Positions 53,700 through 64,000 of a stretch of 64,000 nt of DNA are shown here, one piece after another; position 1 is the first letter of the stretch, and every line of letters begins with the position of its first letter. Made by a program: the position numbers and the translations under genes. The notes beneath the pieces are model-generated. The model was not told the origin of the DNA. It saw only the letters and a list, made by a program, of their open reading frames with translations, and did no database searches. This DNA comes from Eledone cirrhosa (lineage: Eukaryota), in the NCBI GenBank assembly GCA_964016885.1, contig OZ024752.1, positions 33,294,001 through 33,358,000 on the forward strand. Reading direction: 5' to 3'.

Positions 53700-54560
53700 A
53701 GGTGGTCATGTAGGAGACACAGTAAAAAGGCTCCCAGTCTACACTGTAAATGTGGTTGGTGTTAGGAAGGGCATCCAGCTGTAAAAAACCTGCCAGAGAC
53801 ACTTTCGTACGAGCGAGACATGATCTCCTGACCATTCCCTCATCAAATGGAACAAAACCGTCTAACTCATGCTCGTGTGGAAGATGGACGATATATAATA
53901 TTTGAAAAGTGGCGAGCAGAGTTTGAAAATTGAATTAGAGGACTTTGCTAAATAAACCAGTCTAATAGGAGGGGGTATAAACCCACTGAAAATGGGTACC
54001 AACACACTTGAGCTTTGACTTGCATGTATGCTGATGTCCATCTTTATCTTTTCAGTGGGTTTACTAGACTATCTTATTTAGTTAAAGTTACAGCAAAGTC
54101 TTCTAATTCAATTTTGTATATCCTGTTTATATTTATTATTGGTGTTAGGAAGGGCATCCAGCCGTAGAAAACCTGCCAGATAGTCCTATACGAGCGAGAC
54201 ACGGTCACCCGACCAACCTTGCCTCAAATTGGGACAACTCCCGTCTAACCCATGCTAGCATGGAAGATGGACATTAAACAATGATGATGATGATGATTGT
54301 TGTGGTTATAAACTATGGCCACATACACCTTGGCATTTTATTCTTGGTGTCACACTTTCTTAATTTGTGTTTACTCTGGACGAGTGTTTTGTAACCAATT
54401 CAATTGGTATCTGCTCTGCTGTGGTTACAACTTTGATTTATACCATATATATCATCATCATCACTGTTTAACGTCCATTTTTCCACGCTAGCATGGGTTA
54501 GAAGAGTTGTCCTGTTGTGGGCAATGCCAAGCCAGGTGACCATGTCTTCTTTATACAGAA
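52268..54560. mobile_element. Dense nest of SINE-B / RTE 3'-module fragments in both orientations
   Basis: Repeated ggttggtgttaggaagggcatccagc and ccgtctaacccatgctagc...ggacgttaaa(tga)n tails; full SINE-B at 53107-53450. Confidence 0.85.
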
Positions 54561-55251
54561 CTGATGAAATGAAAAAATAAAGAGTAAACCTTACCTTACT
54601 TTCTTTCTCTCTCTCTCTCCCTCTCATATATATAAAAATCTATTATTATTTATAGCAATCAACTGTTATTACAGTGGCGGTGGATTGGCAGTATCAGTAG
54701 AGGGTCGGACGCCATGCTTTGCAACATAGACTTACGGCCCTTTACGATCTGAGTTCAAATCCCGCCGCGGTTAACTTTGCCTTTCATCCTTACGGGGGTC
54801 GATAAAATAAAGTACCAGTAATGCACTGGGATGATTGCTGGCCTTGTACCAAAAAGTAGAAACAATTATTTATAGCAATCAACTGTTGTTACAGTTATTT
54901 CCTGCATTTGGATTGCCACATTTCAAATTTCAAGGGACTTGGAGACATAAGCCGAATGCTACCATTCTATTATACATAGATGTGGACTGCTATTTCTAAT
55001 AACCATCTTTTCACCTCTTAATAATGTGTGCGTGAGACACGTTGGCTGAGAGCTTTTGACAGGAACGAAAAGATTGGTTTTCTACTCTCCCGCCACCACG
55101 TAAAGTTTGTAGACTGGTGGCTGGTCGAGGGACAGAGTTGTATCGGGTTCCAGTTGCTAATCGCTTTACCGTGTCGGTTGTCACAAACAGGTCATGACAG
55201 GCATGGGCTGGCGTTTGTATTCTGTCGATCGATTGGTTATTGATTAGGCGA

Positions 55252-55366
55252 TACCCGCTGATGAAGCCGCATGAGCCGATTGTGCATTGTTGCATAATAT
55301 ATGCAGACAGATGGTGCAGTGCACCTTACTGCTGCATTAAGTGCGGCAGAAACTCGAGTCCGGGAA
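55252..55366 (+). ncRNA. Type I hammerhead ribozyme motif with large stem II insertion, in a CpG-rich ~570-bp segment (~54934-55510)
   Basis: cccg-CTGATGA-a-gccgca[~70 nt]tgcggc-a-GAAA-c(tcga)g-TC^cggg. Confidence 0.8.
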
Positions 55367-57765
55367 CTATTATAGGCACCCGTTTTACGTGTGTTGTATT
55401 GAAGCGAATAACTATGTGTATACTCTGGGAATGTGTCTTACATTGCCTATTGAGTACGCTGAGATACAACCGGTCCTGGCATTAATAAATATGCTGGGTC
55501 CGTCAACTCCTTATTATATATATAGATAGGTAGATAGATAAACAATGAGCTAGAGACTCTGTTGATATGTAATCAACAGAGTTATGTTCATAACAGATAC
55601 GAATAACTCGACAGATAAAATTTATCTGGAGTATTATGATAATAATAGTAATAAATGGATGGTATAACACTATAGCATCATTATAGAAATATATATAATG
55701 AAATAGATAATTGTTTCTACTTTAGGCACAAGGACAGCAATTACCCAGTGCATTACTGGTACTTTATTTTATCAACTCCGTATATGATGAAAGCCAAAGT
55801 CAACCTCGGCAGGATTTGAACTCAGATCGTTAAGGGACGTAACTATGCTGGAAAGCATGGCGTCCGACCCTCTACCGAAATAAATAATGATGCTCTAGTG
55901 TTATATCTTCTGTTTATTACTATTCATTTTGTAGTTAATCCTCACAGTGGAGAACATTTTTGACTTTCTCTCTATTTTAAAGGAAGCTGCCAAAGTTACA
56001 TTTCTCTTGACAACAATTTAAGTGCTCTGAGTAGTTTTGCTGCATTGTTTTAGCTAAGATTCTGACAAATAATGTATTTATTTGCCAGACAGAAGAAAAA
56101 AGATGATAAAAGAAGGATAGTTTCTTATAACAAGCAGCTACATGACATATCATATTTACAGAGTAATTCTTGAATTACATAACTTCTAGAACAGTGTTCC
56201 CTCTCTAAGATGTGTAGGTGTGCAGCTAGGCAGTTGCTGTGTTGGTGCCATACACACCGAAACATCAAAATGTTGCTGTGCCATCATCATCATCATCATC
56301 ATCATCATTACACAGTTGTTTTTCCTATATATATGTCTGTGTGTGTTTGTGTAGGATATCTGTAGATAAAGTCAAGGAAAACAATGCACAATCTATTGCA
56401 AGAGAGCTTATTTAGTATAATTAAAATTTCATATAATTATACTCAATATATAGATAGATATGTATGTGTGGTTAAGAAGTTTGCTTTGCAACCATCTGGT
56501 TTTGGGGTTTTATCCCAGTAGAGAACACCTTGTTGGAAGCAGGTACCATCTCTAGTGTTGGTGCCATTATATAATGCATTCAGAAAACTCTGTATAAAGG
56601 TTGGCAAACAAACATAGATAACATAGAATAGAGAAAACATTTTAATCCTGCTGAGGGAAAGACAGTTGTTTTGGTACTGGTGCACCAAAATGCACCCTGC
56701 CTTCTCTGTGAAGTGGTTGGCATAAGGAAGGGTATACAGTTATAGAAACCATGCTTAAAGTGGTTAGAATGTCTCAGTAAAAAATCGCTGGACAGATTTT
56801 ATGGCCAAAACCAACTGGCAGAAGACCCTGAACAAGATGGTTGGATAACATCCATGAGCTTCGTTGTTCTTGCTTGGGGATCCAGCCAGATCAATTAGAG
56901 ATGGTTGCTTTTGACAGGACCCACTGGAAGAAGTGTTTGGGGACTCTGCCCCCAACAGCCCTCTCAAGAATATGTGGACAAAGAAGGAGAAATTCCAGGA
57001 GAATAGAAATGTATTTATGGAAGCCCCAATATAAATGTTTTGTAATGTCTATTTGGTTGTTTTGTATTGATATGAAGTTATTTCAATGTTGACCTTGCTT
57101 TAATGTCAACTAAAGTCATACACACGCTAATACTGTTGCTCATGTTGACTATTTATAATCGGTAGCAACTGAACCATGTAGATTATGTTGTAACCTTAGG
57201 TAAAGTGTATTACCTTAGAAACTAGCTGTAAAATAACTAACACTTCCATGTCACCTTTAAATATTTGCTCAAATAATGGTTTCTGATTTAGGCATAAGGC
57301 CAACAATTTTGAAGGAGGAGAAAGTCGATTAAATCAACCCTAGTGCATTACTGGTACTTTATTTTATCGACTACATAAAAATTCAAGGACATTTAACCTC
57401 AGCAGATTCAAACTCAGAACATAAAGCATGATGTCTGACGCTCTGCCAATAATAATACATAGAGATGTAATAGTGAAATATCCTCTTCTGGCTAAGCAAT
57501 AAAATATATATAAAAATGTACTAATACATTGCAAGCAGGGAAAAGCGGACGTAAAATGATGAAAATGATGATGATATATATGTTATAATACTTAGAAACA
57601 AGTGAAAGAAATGGTTTCTGATTTAGGCACAAGGCCAACACTTTTAGGGATGAGGAAGTTGATTAAATTAAACCCAGTGAGTTACTGGTACTTTATTTTA
57701 TCAACCATAATAAGGATAAAAGGTTAAGCTAACCTCAGCAGGATTTAAATGTAATAATACAATAT

Positions 57766-58907
57766 GTAGGCACATGGCTTAGTGGTTAGAGCATTGGCCT
57801 TGCAATCGAAAGGTTGTGAGTTCAATTCTCAGACCGGGTGTTGTGTTGTTTCCTTGAGCAGGACACTATATTTCACATTGCTCCAGTTTACTCAGCTGTA
57901 GAAATGAGATGATAGGGACTGAGGTCCCTATCATTCCACTGCAAAGTGGTTGTGTAGGTGACACGGCAAAAAAGCACCCAGCACTCACTGTAAATGAGGT
58001 TGGTGTTAGGAAGGGCATCCAGCTGTAGAAATCAAGCCAGAATCAGTTCCCGTCCCACCCTTGCAAGCAGGGAAAAGCGGACGTATAATGATGATGATGA
58101 TGCTAAAAGTGGAAGAAGGAAGAAAAATGTTTTTTTTATAGAAAGTATACTTTCTATCAGTTATGAATTACATGGAATTACCCAAATTACACCTCTCAAA
58201 GACAATGACACACGACCGTGACTTCTGGCGTCACGCAGTAATACAGAGTACCCGACCTCCCATGGGTACAAGCTGAAGCAAATAGACAATATGCCCCACA
58301 CCCTCCCACTGCAAGGTGGTCGTGGAGGTGCCACGGCAAAAAAGCACCCAGCCCACACTGTAAAGTGGACGTGTAGGCGCCACGGAAAAAAAAGCACCCA
58401 GCACTCACTGTAAATGAGGTTGGTGTTAGGAAGGGCATCCAGCTGTAGAAATCAAGCCAGAATCAGTTCCCGTCCCACCCTTGCAAGCAGGGAAAAGTGG
58501 ACGTAAAATGATGATGATGATGATGATATATAGTAGGCGCCATGGAAAAAAAAGCACCCAGCACTCACTGTAAATGAGGTTGGTGTCAGGAAGGGGATCC
58601 AGCTGTAGAAATCAAGCCAGGATCAGTTCCCGTCCCACCCTTGCAAGCAGGGAAAAGTGGACGTAAAAAGATGATGATGATGATGATATATAGTAGGCGC
58701 CATGGAAAAAAAAGCACCCAGCACTCACTGTAAATGAGGTTGGTGTTAGGAAGGGGATCCAGCTGTAGAAATCAAGCCAGGATCAGTTCCTGTATGAGCA
58801 AGGCATGGTCAGCCGACCAGACACTGCCCACAACAGGACAACCCGTCTAACCCATGCTAGCGTGGAAGAACGGACGTAAAACGGTGATGATGATGATGAT
58901 GATGATG
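57766..58907 (+). mobile_element. SINE-B copy followed by tandemly duplicated 3' modules
   Basis: aaaagcacccagcactcactgtaaatgaggttggtgttagg repeated four times, each with a (GAT)n tail. Confidence 0.88.
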
Positions 58908-58952
58908 GAAGTTATGTTATAATTTCTTAATTATTTTTTTTTTTAATTTCAG

Positions 58953-59075
58953 TTCAACGGGATCCTCGGAAACGACGTGTAAAACCAGTTCAGAAACACC
59001 TCATACAGATAGATTTTGGAGGATTAGATGATAGTGAAGATGATAGTGACTTTGAAGTGGAAAAACATGTAAAAG
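58953..59075 (+). CDS. PHF14: PHF14 exon 2
   Basis: (L)QRDPRKRRVKPVQKHLIQIDFGGLDDSEDDSDFEVEKHVK resembles the recalled vertebrate PHF14 N-terminus (DRSSKRRQVKP...DSSDDSDF); strong polypyrimidine-ag acceptor. Confidence 0.82.
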
Positions 59076-59204
59076 GTATATTCATTATTCTTCCATTAAC
59101 TGTCTGAAACAAAAGGATGGGTGATGTGCGCACCTCTCTGTATATTAACTTTATCCCCTCGGCACTTTGTAAAAGTCTGAGAGATCGGCTACATTTACAT
59201 ACTA

Positions 59205-59859
59205 CAGTCAGTAGGCATCTCTATCAAAACACACCCCCGTCCCACCACCTCCACCCCATCCACACCGCCCCTTTCAATGTAAAGTTATGTTGGTCCCACA
59301 CCATCCAGGCCGAAACAAATGAGATCGTGTAGGTGTCACGACAAAAAAAACACACAGTCCACGCTGTAAATGTGGCCGTGTAGGCAACACGGTAAAAACC
59401 TCCCAGCCCCACACTGTAAATGTGGTTGGTGTTAGGAAGGGCATCCAGCTGTAGAAAACCCGCCAGACAGTCCACGCTGTAATGTGGCCGTGTAGGCAAC
59501 ACGGTAAAAACCTCCCAGCCCCACACTGTAAATGTGGTTGGTGTTAGGAAGGGCATCCAACTGTAGAAAACCCGCCAGACAGTCCTATGCGAGCAAGACA
59601 ACCACTCTTGCCTCAAGTGGGAAAACCCCCGTCCAAACCCATGCAAGCGTGGAACACGGACGCTAAACCTGATGATGATGATGATGATGATGATATGTGT
59701 GTGTGTGTGTATGAGATGATGATCCCTGGTTTGTCTGGGAGATCAGTAACTACTACTGCTTCAGTACTGACTTGGTCTATGTAGACCTGTCCAGCCCTTG
59801 CTAGCAGGGAAAGCGGACATTAAATGATGATGATATGTATGTGTATACATATGTGTATG

Positions 59860-59891
<32 letters not shown>

Positions 59892-60306
59892 TACACACTA
59901 GGAAACAGAAGTAGTATTATTAAAATATAATAGAGGGGGAAAGAATTTGGATTATAGAATTTGTAGGTAAGTTATCTTTGTTTATGTATAATTAGATACT
60001 GAAATTATTGAGTAGAAAAGTATTATATATATATTGAGATTGTGTAGGTGTCATGAGAAAAAACACACAGTCCATGTTGTAATGTGGCCGTGTAGGTAAC
60101 ATGGTAAAAAGTTCCCAGTTCCCACACTGTAAATGTGGCTGGTGTTAGGAAGGGCATCCAGATCCAGCCGTAGAAAACCTGCCAGATAGTCCTATATGAG
60201 TGAGACACGGTCACCCGACCAACCTTGACTCAAATTGGGACAACTCCCGTCTAACCCATGCTAGCGTGGAAAATGGACGTTAAACGAAGATGATAATGAT
60301 GATGAT
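59205..60306 (+). mobile_element. RTE 3' UTR / SINE tail fragments
   Basis: 59205-59695 matches the 3' UTR at 37235-37385 and continues into a (GAT)n tail; another copy at ~60035-60306. Confidence 0.8.
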
Positions 60307-60338
60307 ATATATACTTATTTGATATTAATTACTTGTAG

Positions 60339-60607
60339 GATCTGACTCAGGAAGTGACATATCTATTAAGGAAGAAGATGACGCAAGTGACTCTGATAGA
60401 AGTGTTCCTGGCTCTGAACTGAAGTACCCTGATGCCGCCCATGAACCAAGTGATGACGACGATGATGATGATGAAGATGATGACGAAGAAGATGAATCAA
60501 CCACACTCAGCTCTTTGATGGGTCCTTTGTTAAGTGACAAAGACAAATCGACAGATGTCAATGTATTTACAGAAAAGTCTTTTGATAAATGTCCAGAAAC
60601 TCAGCTA
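60339..60607 (+). CDS. PHF14: PHF14 exon 3 (acidic region); gene continues beyond the window
   Basis: GSDSGSDISIKEEDDASDSD...DDDDDDDEDDDEEDES...KCPETQL; in phase with exon 2; donor at 60608 (or 60614) uncertain. Confidence 0.75.
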
Positions 60608-60696
60608 GTAAATGTAAATAACTTTCTATTTCTTATCTTAATTCTTTTGAAATTGTGTTTGGCTTTAGACTCATTTGTTGGTAAACTCTATACTGT

Positions 60697-60911
60697 TTAA
60701 CCCTTTAGCATTTAAACCGGCCATATCCGGCCAGAATTCTCTCACCTTTCTCTGTTCAAACCAGCTGTAACTGGTCGCTCATACTGATGTTAAGGTATTT
60801 TTCTCAAAATGAATAACATCAAATCTCGTAGTTTTGATATTATGTGAAGTAAGGCCCTTACCGTGAAAATATAATAGTATCTATAGAGTATTGTAAATGC
60901 TAAAGGGTTAA
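60697..60911 (-). mobile_element. piggyBac-like MITE, best-preserved copy
   Basis: TTAA|ccctttagcattta...taaatgctaaaggg|TTAA. Confidence 0.88.
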
Positions 60912-61124
60912 AAGATGGCTTTAAGTGTTGTCTTTTGTTGCTTTTTTATTTATTTTTTCTTGCCTTGCTATTTTATTCTAAATCTTTGGTATTAATTCAT
61001 AGGAAATTAACACTCCAGAGATGTATATATAGAGAGTATTGTAAATGCTAAATGGTTAAAATAAAGTATGGAGTTTGCAGTCCTGCACACAGGTATTACA
61101 AAGAGGAAGGGCTGGACTTAGATA

Positions 61125-61340
61125 CTACAGAGAAAAGGTTGAGTTCAAATATTAGAGGAAAGGTTGAACTCAAGCATTACATAGAGCAAAGGTTGAGTTC
61201 AAATATTAGACAGAAAAATGTTGAGCTCACATATTACATAGAGGAAATGTTGAGCTCAAATATTACATAGAGCAATGGTTGAGCTCAAGTGTTAAACAGA
61301 AAACGTATGAGCTCATATTACATAGAGGAAAGGTTGATCT
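61125..61340. repeat. Degenerate minisatellite (acatagagcaaaggttgagctcaaatatt)
   Basis: About seven related units. Confidence 0.7.
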
Positions 61341-61860
61341 GCTAACTGATACCCCATTACATTATATTAAAAATACCGATTAAATCTCTTTCTCAGCTGA
61401 TACAAAAGAATTTTGACATATTAACTAAAGATGTTAAATGAAAATGTTTTAAATATTCTACTTATAGCCGCTCCAAGGAAATGTCATTACATCAGCTACT
61501 CCAATCCCAACCAAAGCTGGTCAAATCAAGATTCTTATTTGTTGTGTGTGTTTAGGTGATATTAGGTAAATAAAATCTTTTTTTTGTATTTTGTATTCTG
61601 TGTGTATATACATGTTTGTATTATTTGTGTGTGTGTGTATACATATTTATGTTTTCTCTGTATGTATACATATTTTGTATTTGACTGTGTGTGTGTATAC
61701 ATATTTTTGTATTCTCTGTGTGTGTGTATACATATTTTGTATTCTCTGTGTGTGTGTGTATACATATTTTGTATTGTCTGTGTATACATATTCTTTTATC
61801 CCATTCTTTCTTCAAATATATCTGCTGTCAACTAAATATCTAAGATATTTATACTGTCCT

Positions 61861-64000
61861 TAGACAATACATATTGCTCCATTCAATAGACAATACACAT
61901 TGCTCCATTCAATAGACAATACACATTGCTCCATTCAATAGACAATACACATTGCTCCATTCAATAGACAATACACATTGCTCCATTCAATAGACAATAC
62001 ACTTTGCTCCATTCAATAGACAATACACATTGCTCCATTCAATAGACAATACACATTGCTCCATTCAATAGACAATACACATTGCTCCATTTAATAGACA
62101 ATACACTTTGCTCCATTCAATAGACAATACACTTTGCTCCATTCAATAGACAATACACATTGCTCCATTCAATAGACAATACACATTGCTCCATTCAATA
62201 GACAATACATATTGCTCCATTCAATAGACAATACACTTTGCTTCATTCAATAGACAATACATATTGCTCCATTCAATAGACAATACACTTTGCTCCATTC
62301 AATAGACAATTCACATTGCTCCATTCAATAGACAATACACATTGCTCCATTCAATAGACAATACACTTTGCTTCATTCAATAGACAATACACTTTGCTTC
62401 ATTCAATAGACAATACATATTGCTCCATTCAATAGACAATACATATTGCTCCATTCAATAGACAATACATATTGCTCCATTCAATAGACAATACACATTG
62501 CTCCATTCAATAGACAATACATATTGCTCCATTCAATAGATAATACATATTGCTCCATTCAATAGACAATACACATTGCTCCATTCAATAGATAATACAC
62601 ATTGCTCCATTCAATAGACAATACACATTGCTCCATTCAATAGACAATACATATTGCTCCATTCAATAGACAATACACTTTGCTTCATTCAATAGACAAT
62701 ACATATTGCTCCATTCAATAGACAATACACTTTGCTCCATTCAATAGACAATTCACATTGCTCCATTCAATAGACAATTCACATTGCTCCATTCAATAGA
62801 CAATACATATTGCTCCATTCAATAGACAATACACTTTGCTTCATTCAATAGACAATACATATTGCTCCATTCAATAGACAATACACTTTGCTCCATTCAA
62901 TAGACAATTCACATTGCTCCATTCAATAGACAATACACATTGCTCCATTCAATAGACAATTCACATTGCTCCATTCAATAGACAATACATATTGCTCCAT
63001 TCAATAGATAATACACATTGCTCCATTCAATAGACAATACACATTGCTCCATTCAATAGACAATACATATTGCTCCATTCAATAGATAATACACATTGCT
63101 CCATTCAATAGACAATACACTTTGCTCCATTCAATAGACAATTCACATTGCTCCATTCAATAGACAATTCACATTGCTCCATTCAATAGACAATACATAT
63201 TGCTCCATTCAATAGACAATACACTTTGCTTCATTCAATAGACAATACATATTGCTCCATTCAATAGACAATACACTTTGCTCCATTCAATAGACAATTC
63301 ACATTGCTCCATTCAATAGACAATACACATTGCTCCATTCAATAGACAATTCACATTGCTCCATTCAATAGACAATACATATTGCTCCATTCAATAGATA
63401 ATACACATTGCTCCATTCAATAGACAATACATATTGCTCCATTCAATAGACAATACATATTGCTCCATTCAATAGACAATACATATTACTCCATTCAATA
63501 GACAATACACATTGCTCCATTCAATAGACAATACACATTGCTCCATTCAATAGATAATACATATTGCTCCATTCAATAGACAATACACATTGCTCCATTC
63601 AATAGATAATACACATTGCTCCATTCAATAGACAATACATATTGCTCCATTCAATAGACAATACATATTGCTCCATTCAATAGACAATACATATTGCTCC
63701 ATTCAATAGACAATACATATTGCTCCATTCAATACACAATACACATTGCTCCATTCAATAGACAATACATATTACTCCATTCAATAGACAATACACATTG
63801 CTCCATTCAATAGACAATACACATTGCTCCATTCAATAGATAATACATATTGCTCCATTCAATAGACAATACACATTGCTCCATTCAATAGACAATACAC
63901 ATTGCTCCATTCAATAGACAATACACATTGCTCCATTCAATAGACAATACACTTTGCTTCATTCAATAGACAATACACATTGCTCCATTCAATAGACAAT
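61861..64000. repeat. 26-bp tandem satellite, >80 copies, runs off the window end
   Basis: Unit tagacaatacacattgctccattcaa. Confidence 0.98.

Noticed and set aside
60325-60561. Minus-strand Ser-rich ORF
   Set aside because: Antisense shadow of the acidic PHF14 exon.

Overview
AT-rich, intron- and repeat-rich eukaryotic DNA. The SINE/RTE repertoire and microsatellite load suggest an octopod cephalopod (inference). Four spliced genes can be read by hand, arranged as two tight head-to-head pairs: PSMA2 (-, 7 coding exons, 235 aa) with MRPL32 (+, 3 exons), and NDUFA4/COXFA4 (-, 4 exons, 87 aa) with PHF14 (+, first 3 exons). Both pairs are, from recalled knowledge, also neighbours on human chromosome 7p. 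The rest is mobile and repetitive DNA: a near-full-length RTE LINE with a PHD finger inside its RT region, many RTE and CR1 fragments, two tRNA-derived SINE families, piggyBac-, hAT-, mariner- and Helitron-type non-autonomous elements, and three satellites (78, 49 and 26 bp units). Two of the satellites visibly derive from transposon sequence. The most unexpected signal is a set of short non-coding, mostly inverted-repeat elements carrying complete type I hammerhead ribozyme motifs (12571-12635, 51964-52173 on both strands, 55252-55366), plus degenerate relatives. These are probably Penelope-like or retrozyme remnants, and two of the loci lie in PHF14 intron 1. The long ORFs over the satellites and microsatellites are artefacts. 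All coordinates were counted by eye.
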